Below, piece after piece: positions 9,449 through 19,447 of a stretch of 64,000 nucleotides of DNA. The translations under genes and the position numbers were made by a program. Below the pieces are notes generated by a model. That model had not been told where the DNA came from. It ran no database searches and saw only the letters and a program-made list of their open reading frames with translations. Every line of letters starts with the position of its first letter. The first letter of the stretch is position 1. The DNA is from Phycisphaerae bacterium. Lineage in GTDB: Bacteria; Planctomycetota; Phycisphaerae; UBA1845. The stretch is from assembly GCA_963666835.2 (NCBI GenBank), contig CAXXGO010000001.1, forward strand, positions 160,001 through 224,000, written 5' to 3'.

Positions 9449-11209
9449 ATGGCCGTTTCGAAGATGAAACAGTGTTTCCGTGGTCCAGCCTGCGCGGCTA
9501 TCACGATCGTGCTGCTTGCCGGCTTGGCGGGCTGTCCGACAGCACCCCCAACCGATGACAACGGCGATAACGGCGGCGGAGACACCCCGGTGGTAACCTG
9601 CGTTGCGTTATCTACGACGAGCTTCGATACGGATACGACCCTCCCTGCCGGTTGTTATATCGCAGAGTCGTCCGTTTCCGTTAATGACGGGGCTACCCTT
9701 ACTCTCGATCCGGGAGTCACGATCAAATTCCAGCAGAACGTGGAAATGACGGTCAGCGCCGGCGGGAAGTTGTCAGCGGTTGGTACCGCCGCCGAGCCGA
9801 TCGTGTTAACTGGGGAAGAGGAGATTCGGGGATACTGGGGTGGTTTGCGCTTCTATCAATCGAATTCCACCGTGAACCAACTCGACTACGTGACAATCGA
9901 GTACGGCGGTGGATATCATAACGCCAATCTGTATCTCGATGGCACCTCCAGCTCTCCCGTCCGCCTGAGCATCACCAATTGTCTGTTGCAGAACAGCGAG
10001 AGCTACGGCTTCGACTTCGACGACGACACGGTCATTGAGGAGTTCAACGGTAACACCATCACCGGGAACACCTTGGGCGCTGGATACGTCTCGGCCGAGG
10101 TGGCCGGCTATTTGGACGACACCAGCACTTACACCGGAAACGACAATGATGTTGTTGAGATTTGGGGCGGTACGGTGAAGACGGAGAAGACGTGGGCAGG
10201 CATCGATGGGGATTATCTCGTTAGCGGCAGCCTGTCCGTTTCCGCGGCGCTGACGGTGTCTCCGGGAGCGCAACTGGTATTCGAAGCGGGCGAGGAGATG
10301 AGTGTGTACTCGGACGGCTCGCTGGCGGCCGTCGGCACCGCGGATCGGCCGATCGTGCTTACCGGAGAAGAGGAGACCCGGGGATACTGGGGCGGGCTGC
10401 GTTTCTATCAATCGAATTCCACAGCGAACCAGCTCGACTACGTGACAATCGAGTACGGCGGTGGATACCACAACGCCAACTTGTATCTCGATGGGACTTC
10501 CAGCTCTCCCGTCCGCCTGAGCATGACAAACTGCCTGCTCCAGGGCAGTGACACCTACGGCTTCGACTTCGACGACAACACGATCATCGAGGAGTTCAGC
10601 GGGAACACCATTACGGGCAACACCCTGGGTGCCGGATACGCCTCGGCTGAAGTGGTCGGATACTTGGACGACACCAGTACCTACACCGGCAACGACAAGG
10701 ACGTCGTCGAAATCAGGGGCGGAACGGTGAAGACGGAGAAGACGTGGGCGGGTATCGATGGGGATTATCTTATCAGCGGTAGCGTGGCCGTTTCCGCGCC
10801 GCTGACGGTGTCGCCGGGAGCGCAACTGGTTTTCGAAGGGGGCCAGGAGATGAGTGTGTACTCGGACGGCTCGCTAGCGGCCGTCGGCACCGCGGATCAG
10901 CCGATTGTCTTCACCGGTGAAGGAAAGACGTCGGGATACTGGGGTGGGTTGCGCTTCTATCAATCGAACTCGGCCTTGAACCAACTCGACTACGTGACAA
11001 TAGAGTACGGCGGGGGGTATCACCGGGCGAACCTCTATCTTGACGGCTCATCCAGCTCACCGGTGACGTTGGACGTGACCAACAGCACGTTCCGGGGCAG
11101 CGCCGAGTGGGGTATTTATGCTGATACCGATACGACCCTGAACGAGGACGTCGAAGACGCGAATGTGTTCATTGATAACGTCGGTGGAGATTATTTCCAC
11201 GAGGTTTGA
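9449..11209 (+). CDS. Acidic surface lipoprotein with tandem 184-aa beta-helix-like repeats
   Basis: Lipobox LAGC; GYWGGLRFYQSNS...LDYVTIEYGGG three times at 552-bp spacing; GGAGGA SD. Confidence 0.8.
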   Translation: MAVSKMKQCFRGPACAAITIVLLAGLAGCPTAPPTDDNGDNGGGDTPVVTCVALSTTSFDTDTTLPAGCYIAESSVSVNDGATLTLDPGVTIKFQQNVEMTVSAGGKLSAVGTAAEPIVLTGEEEIRGYWGGLRFYQSNSTVNQLDYVTIEYGGGYHNANLYLDGTSSSPVRLSITNCLLQNSESYGFDFDDDTVIEEFNGNTITGNTLGAGYVSAEVAGYLDDTSTYTGNDNDVVEIWGGTVKTEKTWAGIDGDYLVSGSLSVSAALTVSPGAQLVFEAGEEMSVYSDGSLAAVGTADRPIVLTGEEETRGYWGGLRFYQSNSTANQLDYVTIEYGGGYHNANLYLDGTSSSPVRLSMTNCLLQGSDTYGFDFDDNTIIEEFSGNTITGNTLGAGYASAEVVGYLDDTSTYTGNDKDVVEIRGGTVKTEKTWAGIDGDYLISGSVAVSAPLTVSPGAQLVFEGGQEMSVYSDGSLAAVGTADQPIVFTGEGKTSGYWGGLRFYQSNSALNQLDYVTIEYGGGYHRANLYLDGSSSSPVTLDVTNSTFRGSAEWGIYADTDTTLNEDVEDANVFIDNVGGDYFHEV

Positions 11210-11352
11210 CAGGTAGATCAGGTGTTGGCTTTCATGCGGATAATGGGCGCCGTCCATCGGGGGCGGCGCCCATCCTATGGGTCCGTGCCGGTGCTTCTCG
11301 CGAGGGTGCGTTCTTTCCGAGGAGCGCGGTAGTGGCCACGCGCCGGACATGG

Positions 11353-12795
11353 CTACCCTTTCCGCGTCGCGCGCGGTTTCTTGGGAAGCCGGCGGAAGGC
11401 CTGCATTACGAGCTGGCGCGCTTGCTGCCGGTCCACAATAGGCTTGGGATAATCGAGGTTTGCTGACGGCGGCTCCTGGGGACGGTGGATTCGTGGGGCG
11501 CGCAGTCCTGACAGTTCAGGGACGAAGCGACGGATGAAGTCACCATCGGGATCATAACGGCTGCTCTGGTTGAACGGATTGAAAACGCGGAAGTAGGGTG
11601 CTGCGTCAGTACCGGTCGAGGCCGACCACTGCCAACCGCCGTTGTTGCTGGCGAGATCGCCATCCACAAGATGCTGCATGAAGTAACGCTCGCCCCATCG
11701 CCAATCGATGAACAGGTCCTTGGTCAGGAACATGGCAGCTACCATTCGCAAGCGGTTATGCATCCACCCCGTTTGAACAAGCTGGCGCATGCCGGCATCG
11801 ACGAGTGGGAACCCAGTCCTGCCGGCGCACCACGAGTCGAACTGCTTGTGTTCGTATCGCCAAGGCAACTTATCTGTTTCAGGTTTGAAAGGGCGGTGCT
11901 TGCACACCCGCGGGAACCCGATCAGGATATGACGATAGAACTCGCGCCAAATCAGCTCGGCGATCCATGTCGAGATGCCCGGCTTACCGGAGTCGACTCG
12001 GCCATCGTTGGCGGCGACTGCGGTTTCCAGGCATTGTCGTGGTGAAATCACGCCGGCACTCAGATAAGGTGATAAGGTACTGGTGCCATCGAGAGCCGGG
12101 AAGTCTCGGTTCTTGTGATAGCTTTCGATGCGCTCGCCGGCGAACTTCTTCAAACGCCTGGCCGCCTCCTTCTCTCCTGCAGGCCAAAGATCGGGCCTAG
12201 CCCCTGCGGTGAAGCCCCGCAGCTCATCGGGCACCGGATCTGGGTCGATGTTCAACACGGCCTGACGCCGCGGCTTCGACCAGATGCGGGGCGGACCGTG
12301 TTCTTCCAGCGCTGCACACCACTTACGCTTGAACGGCGTGAACACGGTATACCAACCGCCTGAACCGGTCTCGATTCCCTCAACATCGAGGATCGTCTGA
12401 TCCGTGAATGACCGGACCTGCATGCCCTCCTTCTCGAAGCGACTCTTGACCACCCGATCTCGCTCGATTTCGTTGACTTCGTACTCGCGGTTGAAGAACA
12501 AGGCGCTGCACCGGTTCTGCCTGGCAACCTGCAAGAGCTTGGTGGGAACAGACGTGAACCGCCCCGTGCGAACCATCTTGAGTGGTATGTTCAATCTCGC
12601 CAAGGCTTCAGACAACGCGCGGACATTGCGAAGCACGAAATCCACCTTCATGCTCCCCCAGTCGTGATCGGCCCATTGCCTGGAACAAACCACGAACACG
12701 GCAACGACACCCTCGTCCGCGGCCTTGCAGGCATGGTGCAGCGCGGTGTTGTCCTGAACCCGCAGATCGGATCTGAACCACATCAGCGCTCGCAT
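11353..12795 (-). CDS. phrB: Deoxyribodipyrimidine photolyase (class I CPD)
   Basis: WFRSDLRVQDN, TSTLSPYL, LIWREFY, GWMHNRLRM, NNGGWQWSASTGTDAAPYFRVFNP. Confidence 0.95.
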   Translation of the reverse strand: MRALMWFRSDLRVQDNTALHHACKAADEGVVAVFVVCSRQWADHDWGSMKVDFVLRNVRALSEALARLNIPLKMVRTGRFTSVPTKLLQVARQNRCSALFFNREYEVNEIERDRVVKSRFEKEGMQVRSFTDQTILDVEGIETGSGGWYTVFTPFKRKWCAALEEHGPPRIWSKPRRQAVLNIDPDPVPDELRGFTAGARPDLWPAGEKEAARRLKKFAGERIESYHKNRDFPALDGTSTLSPYLSAGVISPRQCLETAVAANDGRVDSGKPGISTWIAELIWREFYRHILIGFPRVCKHRPFKPETDKLPWRYEHKQFDSWCAGRTGFPLVDAGMRQLVQTGWMHNRLRMVAAMFLTKDLFIDWRWGERYFMQHLVDGDLASNNGGWQWSASTGTDAAPYFRVFNPFNQSSRYDPDGDFIRRFVPELSGLRAPRIHRPQEPPSANLDYPKPIVDRQQARQLVMQAFRRLPKKPRATRKG

Positions 12796-13009
12796 GGTCT
12801 ATTCGCGTCCTGACGCATGTTCGAGGTCGATATTCAACTCGTTACCCATGTATTGGGCATGAGCACTTGTCCTTCGGCGGTCTTTATCGCTTATACGATA
12901 CGCGCTTTCGAGAATCACCACCATCCTGCGGATACCACGACACCGGCGGTGATTGCAGACTGCGAAGCCCTACGGGACCGCTATGAACGGACAAGTGATC
13001 ACGAGGTTT

Positions 13010-13963
13010 TCAGGCAGCGGCTGAGGACAGCCAGTCGGGCGGACAGATTTCCCCGAGGATGTCGTGGGCGGTGGCGGCGGAGGCTTGGTTGAAGACCTCC
13101 TCTTCGCGCGGGGCACTGAGCACGAAGTCCCCGGCCACTTCGAAGCCGCCGACTAAGCCCTTGGCCGCAGCCGTAGAGTGCCGCCGGTCGCGGGGGAAGA
13201 CAAACAGGCAGACTTCGTCCTCCGGGGTAGCGATCAGCAGGTTGATACTGCGGTGTTGGGCGTCGCCGTCGAGCCATCGCTGGGCGGCGGTGTGGGCGCG
13301 GTTCAGGCCGTCATCTTCCAGAGTGAATCGGCAGACCCCCGTCGGATAGAAATCCTGCCGATCGGCGTGGAGATGCTCGATCGGCATCGGTGCGGTCGTT
13401 ATCTGATAGTGCAGGTGCCAGGGGATACTCGCCCCGGCTCCCGGCCCGTTGAACAGCACGCGAAACTGCCCGGCGGTCTGCATGTGCAGGTCAAGCATCG
13501 CTTCGAGAGCATGTCGGGTGTAATGCTGGTCGGTGTGCTCGGCGGACATAATCGTGAAGTGGTTCGGCTCGATCCAAGCGAAATTGGCCCCGGCAAGGTA
13601 GTCACGCCCGGCCAGTTCCAACGGCAGCAGGATCTCCCGGGGATGACACTCGGCGATGTTCTCGGCGCACAGGAAGCAGTGCCGCCCGTACGGGTCGCGC
13701 TCATCGCGGAACAGCTTGCTCTCGTCGCGCTCCGGGTTGAGGATGCCGCGGCTTTCCAGCTCGCCCACGTCGCCGCGGATCTCACGGTGGGGCATCCAGC
13801 GGAAGCGATAGTTGACCCCGCAGCGGTGGTCGATGTCTTCGCGCACGGGCATGTCCGGACAATCCGGATCGATCAGCAGGAAACCGTCCATTCCCTGCTT
13901 CGCCCAGGTGTCCGTGAGTCTCTTCGAGAGTTTGGTTTTAGGGGCTGCGAATCCGCTACCCAT
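13010..13963 (-). CDS. HIT-superfamily nucleotidyltransferase/phosphorylase (DUF4922 / GDP-glucose phosphorylase-like)
   Basis: CFLCAEN, HFTI...H.DQ, FNGPGAGASIPWHLHYQ (HxHxQ), GGFEVAG; overlaps the upstream GT gene by 8 nt. Confidence 0.65.
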   Translation of the reverse strand: MGSGFAAPKTKLSKRLTDTWAKQGMDGFLLIDPDCPDMPVREDIDHRCGVNYRFRWMPHREIRGDVGELESRGILNPERDESKLFRDERDPYGRHCFLCAENIAECHPREILLPLELAGRDYLAGANFAWIEPNHFTIMSAEHTDQHYTRHALEAMLDLHMQTAGQFRVLFNGPGAGASIPWHLHYQITTAPMPIEHLHADRQDFYPTGVCRFTLEDDGLNRAHTAAQRWLDGDAQHRSINLLIATPEDEVCLFVFPRDRRHSTAAAKGLVGGFEVAGDFVLSAPREEEVFNQASAATAHDILGEICPPDWLSSAAA

Positions 13964-15368
13964 GTACCACCTTCCCCTCAGCCGACACGCCCAAGTCGCT
14001 CAACAGTTTCTCCGTCAGGTGACGCCAGGTAAAGTAGGGTACCGTGATTTCCCGCGCCCTGGCTCCCCGGCGAGCCCGCTCGTCGTCGTCTTGAAGCATG
14101 CGGATCAGCGCAGCGGAGAACCCCTCGATGAAGTCGGCCGGCACTACGGTCCCGCCCTCCCCGACGAGCAAATGCCTGGTCGCGTCGTGATCCGGCAGGG
14201 ACACATGTTCGGGGTTAGGGCCGAGAAGGTACTCACACACAAAAGGCACGAGGTTCGACGCGATTACCGGCTTGCCGGTGGCGGCGGCCTCTTGGGCGCT
14301 CATGCCGAAGCCCTCCATTACCGAGGGCGTGCAGAAAACGTCCGTGACGTTGTAGAGCAGCGGCAAGATATCCCAGACCGAGCCGAGGACGATGACGTCG
14401 TCCTTCAGATCCAGTTCGTCGATCAGTTTGAGCAGCGAGTCGTGCAGAGCTTCGGCGTGCGGATCGATCGAGACCATCAGCAGCGCCTCGGGAATCTGCT
14501 TCTTGGCCTGGGCGAAGGCTTTGATTAGGACGTCCTTGCGTTTGGTCTTGTCCGTGCGACTGACCTCAGTGACAAACTTGCGGCTCTTGAGGTCGTCAAT
14601 GGCTCGTCCGGACTGCTCGGCGAGGAACGTCCAGACCGGCTCGATCTCCTCCGCCGACCGCGGGCGATAACGCTGTTCATCGATGCACGGCGGCAGGAAA
14701 TAGCGGGCGTCGTAGCCGTAGTCGTCCTTGAACGTGTCGCGGATCGCACTCGAGGTGGCTACGCCGCCGTCGATCGACTTGAGCAGTTCGTGCTCTTCGG
14801 CGATCCGTTCGTCTATGCGGAGATTCTCCCACGTGGAAGGGTCCATGTTGCGTTTCTTCAACGCTCCGAGCGAGTGCGGAACCCACACGTGCGGCAGGCG
14901 CGGCTCGTTGGCTTTGTTAATCAACACGCCCAACTTTCCGGCATCCCAGTAATGGGAGATGATGACCTCGTATGTATCGCCGTCTTGGGTCAGCCGGCGG
15001 GTCAGATCTTCGGCGAGGGCCGGGAGCTGTTCGTTCATGTCCTCCTTGCGGATGAACTTGGGAGTGCCGTCTTCGACGTACATGATGCGGGCGTGGCCCG
15101 ACGGATGGTAGACGGTACCGGTCTGCATCTTACCCGTCTTGGGGTGCGGGTACCCGCCGCGGTTGGCGATGGTTACGCGGTAGCCCTGGGCGATCATGGC
15201 CTCGGTGAACTGATTGACGTAGACGTTCTGCCCCCCGGTGTCAGGCATGCCGGGAACAACCTGCCACTCGTGCACGCCGTGGTTGGTAATCATGAGGATG
15301 TGGGTACGACCGCTCTGGGTGAACGTATCGTGGCCCTCGCCGGCGTGCGGATTTCCTGTAGTCCCCAT
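13956..15368 (-). CDS. GT4 glycosyltransferase, sucrose-/mannosylfructose-phosphate synthase-like
   Basis: PDTGGQNVYV, SHYWDAG, PHSLG, EGFGMSAQEAAA (E-x7-E). Confidence 0.85.
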   Translation of the reverse strand: MGTTGNPHAGEGHDTFTQSGRTHILMITNHGVHEWQVVPGMPDTGGQNVYVNQFTEAMIAQGYRVTIANRGGYPHPKTGKMQTGTVYHPSGHARIMYVEDGTPKFIRKEDMNEQLPALAEDLTRRLTQDGDTYEVIISHYWDAGKLGVLINKANEPRLPHVWVPHSLGALKKRNMDPSTWENLRIDERIAEEHELLKSIDGGVATSSAIRDTFKDDYGYDARYFLPPCIDEQRYRPRSAEEIEPVWTFLAEQSGRAIDDLKSRKFVTEVSRTDKTKRKDVLIKAFAQAKKQIPEALLMVSIDPHAEALHDSLLKLIDELDLKDDVIVLGSVWDILPLLYNVTDVFCTPSVMEGFGMSAQEAAATGKPVIASNLVPFVCEYLLGPNPEHVSLPDHDATRHLLVGEGGTVVPADFIEGFSAALIRMLQDDDERARRGARAREITVPYFTWRHLTEKLLSDLGVSAEGKVVHG

Positions 15369-15445
15369 AGGTGGAGTCCCTTATCGCAAGAAGTAGTTCT
15401 GAAAAACTCAACAACAGCGAACGAGTGGCCCCGTCCGCAGGGGGC

Positions 15446-16195
15446 TCAGCAGCATCCGGCCTCGAGCCACCCGTGGGCTTTTAAGCCCTCATGAATCCCC
15501 GCGGCGAACGACGCCGTCGCGTGATAGACATGAGGGGCTTTGAACTGTTTCAGTTCGTCGGCGGAGTTGCCGACGGCGATGCCCTTGAAACCGAGTTCGG
15601 TACGCATCATGTCAAGGTCGTTCCCCGTGTCGCCGCTGGTGATGACGTTTTCCGGGGGAATGCCGAAATGTTGCGCCACATACCGGACGGCCTCACCCTT
15701 TCCGGAACGGATCGGCAGCAGGTCAAGGAATCTGCTCGCCGAGTACACGACTTTCGCCCGAAGTCCGGCGTCGTCGAGCCGCTTGTGGAGCTCGTCCAGG
15801 CGTTGCTCGACGTTTTCCTCGAGGTAGTAGCTGCTCTTGAACGGCGACTGCCATTGGGCATCCTGCATTCGCGCCTCGGGGATCTCGCGCAGGATCCCCT
15901 CGACGGTCTGCTTGTCCCAGTCTTCGGCAATGACCTGATGCCAGGATTCGTCGAGGCGGTATTCCCCGTCCTGGCGATAATACGTGTCCGTACCGACCAT
16001 GCAGATGCAAACGTCGGCCCGCCGGGTGAGTTGTTTCTCGGCGTAGAAGTCTTCGATTGATTTGAGGTGTCGGCCGGTGGAAAAGGCCACCAGGATGTCG
16101 CGAGCCTCCAGGGCATCCCACAGGACGCTCATGGCCTCGTCGTCGCCAATGAAGGTCCCGTCCAAATCTGTCGCCAGCAGGCGTTTCATTGACAT
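15446..16195 (-). CDS. HAD-IIB phosphatase, sucrose-/mannosylfructose-phosphate phosphatase-like
   Basis: ATDLDGT, STGR, FKSSYY, LDLLPIRSGKG, GDTGND. Start could be 16204, 16195 or 16189. Confidence 0.88.
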   Translation of the reverse strand: MSMKRLLATDLDGTFIGDDEAMSVLWDALEARDILVAFSTGRHLKSIEDFYAEKQLTRRADVCICMVGTDTYYRQDGEYRLDESWHQVIAEDWDKQTVEGILREIPEARMQDAQWQSPFKSSYYLEENVEQRLDELHKRLDDAGLRAKVVYSASRFLDLLPIRSGKGEAVRYVAQHFGIPPENVITSGDTGNDLDMMRTELGFKGIAVGNSADELKQFKAPHVYHATASFAAGIHEGLKAHGWLEAGCC

Positions 16196-16399
16196 ATCAG
16201 GCATTCTTCCGAGTGCTCCTGACGCGAATTATCATCCCAGACCGCGCGTTTCAATGCACGACACTCTGGTATATCGGCACCTCGCGGCGTCGGCGTACTA
16301 ATCGTCCGGGCGTTTTTTTGCCGCCGAACCGGCTGCCCCGCGAGCGCCGGATTACATGCAATATCGGACCGGCGGTGTTCGGGAATCCAGGCTATATGG

Positions 16400-16700
16400 C
16401 CGGGTGCCGGGTGCCATGGCCCACGCTTGCGTGGCCATTAAGGTCTGTCTGTAGGGAAGATGCCCGGGCTGCGCGAAGGCAGCGGCAGGTCTCGTACCTC
16501 GACCGTGCCCTACACCCGGGGTGCCGGGTGCCATGGCTCACGCTGCGTGGCCATGAAGGTCTGCCTGCAGGGAAGATGCCCGGGCTGCGCGAAGGCAGCG
16601 GCAGGTCTCGTACCTCGACCGTGCCCTACACGCGCATGCGCCGCCCTGGCTATGCCACCGGCGTTATCCGACATACTGCGGGCAGGATGCCTGCGCTGCG
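16400..16700. repeat. REP cluster, two ~116-bp units
   Basis: GGCAGGTCTCGTACCTCGACCGTGCCCTAC at 16484 and 16600, each preceded by a GGGTGCCATGGC...GTGGCCAT palindrome; variants near 680 and 1420. Confidence 0.8.
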
Positions 16701-16717
16701 CGATTATCGAAGCGGAG

Positions 16718-18199
16718 CTACGTCGATAGCAGGCAGGCCTCTTCCAGGTCGTGCTCGGTTTCTGATTCGCTCAAACCATTGCGGTGCGGGACACTCACGC
16801 GGGACGGCAAGCGCTCGATGCGCGCCAGGACTTGCTGAGCAACGCCTGTCCAGGTGAAGCACGCTCGGGCCTTCTGGGAACCGTACTTGGAGAGCTGACT
16901 GGTTACCCGAGAATGCTGGAGCACCGAACAGATCGCGTGGCCAAACGCCTCCGGATCAAATGGGTTGGCGTAGATGGCCTCCAACCCCCAGGCCACCTGT
17001 TCCCAGAGTCCGCCTTCGGTGGTTACCACCGTGGGCGTACCGCAGGCCATGGCTTCGACGGCCGTCATTCCGAACGGCTCGTATCGACTGCTCAGGGCAA
17101 AGACATCGGCAATCCGGTAGTAATCGGGCAACTCGGCTTCGGTTATGAAGTCACGGAAGATGATGCGATCGGCGATTCCGAGTTGTTTGGTCAGGTCTTT
17201 CAGTTCGCCGATCTGCTCGCGTTCGCGCTCGCTCGGATCAGTTGAGCCGATGGCCAGGACCAGCCGGGCATCTTTCACCCGGTCGAACACGGCCGGCATG
17301 GCCTTGATGAGCAGGTCATAGCCTTTGTTGTGGGCCATGCGACCAAGCGCCATAACGATAGGTCCTTCGAAGCCGTACTCCTGCTTGAGGGCCAGCCGGG
17401 ACGCCCGAGACACGGGGAAGAAACGAGTGTCATCGTAACCGGGCGGGATCACGTAGATCTTCTGTCGGGGAACGTCGTACTCGTTTCCGCAGAGAATGTC
17501 GCGCTGCTGCGAAGTGGTGGCGATTATGCCGTCGGCTTCGTCGAAGATGACAATCTCCTCGCGAATCCTCTTGCGGAAATTGTACTTGCGCTCGAGTACT
17601 TCGGGGTCTTCATCCATGTTGTCCCGCTTCCACGAACCGATGGAGTGCGGGGTGTGGACGTGGGGGATGCCCAGGCTATGAGCCAGGCTGCGACCGGCTA
17701 GTCCGGCGTCCCAGTAGTGACTGTTGATAAACGCGTAGCGCAATCGCCGTTTCTTGACAAACTGCTGCACGTTGGCGACCCATTCCGGGATGCTCTCGCA
17801 CAGGGTCTCTTTCGGGATGAACTCGTCTCCCCCGCAGGGGAACCGCAGCACCCTGACCCGCTCCGCCACTTTTTCGCTTTCAGGCTGGCCTTCGAACCGA
17901 CGTGTCAGAATGTCCACGTGGTAGCCCATCCGTCCGAGACACTTGCTCAGCTCCAGGACGTATACCACTTGACCGCCGGTGTCCGGCTTGCCCAGTTCCG
18001 GATCCGCTCCCACGTATCCGTGTGTGGAGATCATCATAATCCGCTGTCTGCTTGCCACGTCGGACCTCCTTGCTGAAGCTTCACCCTTCGCCAGGCGCGG
18101 TGGAACTTTCGAGTTGAGACCACCAAGCGGGTCATCGGAAGGGTTCGTGCCGCATACCTTACCAACCGGTATCGTTCGCCGAGTTTCGTTGCTGCTCAT
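16718..18199 (-). CDS. Mannosylfructose-phosphate synthase-like GT4 glycosyltransferase (MfpsA/SPS family)
   Basis: ISTHGYV...DTGGQVVYVLEL, INSHYWDAG, HTPHS.G.WK, NKGYDLLI, SRYEPFGMTAVEAMACGTP. Confidence 0.88.
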   Translation of the reverse strand: MSSNETRRTIPVGKVCGTNPSDDPLGGLNSKVPPRLAKGEASARRSDVASRQRIMMISTHGYVGADPELGKPDTGGQVVYVLELSKCLGRMGYHVDILTRRFEGQPESEKVAERVRVLRFPCGGDEFIPKETLCESIPEWVANVQQFVKKRRLRYAFINSHYWDAGLAGRSLAHSLGIPHVHTPHSIGSWKRDNMDEDPEVLERKYNFRKRIREEIVIFDEADGIIATTSQQRDILCGNEYDVPRQKIYVIPPGYDDTRFFPVSRASRLALKQEYGFEGPIVMALGRMAHNKGYDLLIKAMPAVFDRVKDARLVLAIGSTDPSEREREQIGELKDLTKQLGIADRIIFRDFITEAELPDYYRIADVFALSSRYEPFGMTAVEAMACGTPTVVTTEGGLWEQVAWGLEAIYANPFDPEAFGHAICSVLQHSRVTSQLSKYGSQKARACFTWTGVAQQVLARIERLPSRVSVPHRNGLSESETEHDLEEACLLST

Positions 18200-18607
18200 A
18201 CTATAACGCGCCGATTTCAGACTGTAAACCAACAGGGGTCCGCTGCCCTCGTGGACTCGTCGGAAGGTCGTCCAGCCTGCCAACGAGCGTCACGTTGATG
18301 GCATACTGTCGAGTGAAAAGTACCCTTGGCTCTTGCAGGGCTCTCGTGAGAATACCGAGCGCCCGCCCATGCCATGGTTATCGGTCAACAATCAGGACGG
18401 ATCGAGTCCCGAGAGTATGTATCGCGAATGGGCGAACCGTGACGCTCCCACGCGAATGCCTGCCGAACGATAGGGTGGGCTTCACGTGCATCTGTAGCGG
18501 GCGCCATTGATCCGGTGCGCGGCGCGGTCCGCCCGGTTTTCCATCCCGCGTATCGTACGTTGACAGAAGTAGCGATGACTTCTTGCCTGTTATTGGGAAC
18601 GTCACCC

Positions 18608-19042
18608 ATGCCGGATCGGATAGTGCCGCCGCCGCCACCGCCGTTTGCTCCGATGTCGCCGCCGCCGCCCCCGTTTCCCGTCGAAGCGGTTCCCGTGGCG
18701 CGGCCTGTAAACGGTATTCAGGCAGGACCCCCGCAGCCGGTCCGAGGGCCCACGGAGCCGTTGGCGGTGTTTTCAGCAGTTTGCGGGCTCACGGCCGTGA
18801 TTCCGATCGTATCGCAGGTCGTCGGTCTGGTGCTCGGCGTGGTCAGTCTCGGGCGAATCCGCCGGGCGAAGAAGCATGGCGTCCAACTGTCCGGGATGGG
18901 ATGGACGATGACCGGGCTTATCAGCAGTGCCGCGGCGCTGGCCGGTTGGATCGGGTTTTTCGTCGTAATTGGGGTCCTGCAGGCGCACCTCTCCGAATCG
19001 GCCTCCGCCTTGAGCGAGTTGGCCCGGCACACCACGCCGTAA
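18608..19042 (+). CDS. DUF4190-like membrane protein with Pro-rich N-terminus
   Basis: Poly-Pro tract, then LAVFSAVCG...GLVLGVVSLGRIRR...LSGMGWTMTGLI. Confidence 0.7.
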   Translation: MPDRIVPPPPPPFAPMSPPPPPFPVEAVPVARPVNGIQAGPPQPVRGPTEPLAVFSAVCGLTAVIPIVSQVVGLVLGVVSLGRIRRAKKHGVQLSGMGWTMTGLISSAAALAGWIGFFVVIGVLQAHLSESASALSELARHTTP

Positions 19043-19194
19043 ACATCGGTCGCAGACTTTTGTGACGTTACAATGTCACTGTGAGTCGGCAGTTTCCCAC
19101 CGCTAAAGCGATGAGCCACCCGACCGAGTCCCCCGCCTCTAAAGAGGCGGGCCGCCCGACCCGAGAGTGATGGGGCTCTGACACGTGGTGAACC

Positions 19195-19350
19195 GTCTCG
19201 TCAGGGACGCAGGCATGTAGCCACGGGTGGAGCGCAGCGGGACCCGTGGGGCGATTCTCCCCGCGCCTGCTCCCGTCCTGAAGGGCCGGAGGACGGCTAC
19301 CGACAGGGCGCGAAGACGGCGGCAGGTCTCGTACCTCGACCGTGCCCTAC
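19195..19350. repeat. REP-like elements downstream of lpdA
   Basis: TAGCCACGGGTGGAGCGCAGCGGGACCCGTGG (family also near 52050, 61927, 62200) plus a GTAG-REP copy at 19321-19350. Confidence 0.7.
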
Positions 19351-19447
19351 AAGAAGTGACAATAAGGTGACATAGATGCCCGGCACGACGGGCAACGTTG
19401 CAGCAGGTCTTGCACTTCGACCCGATCGACCCTTACATGACAAACTG

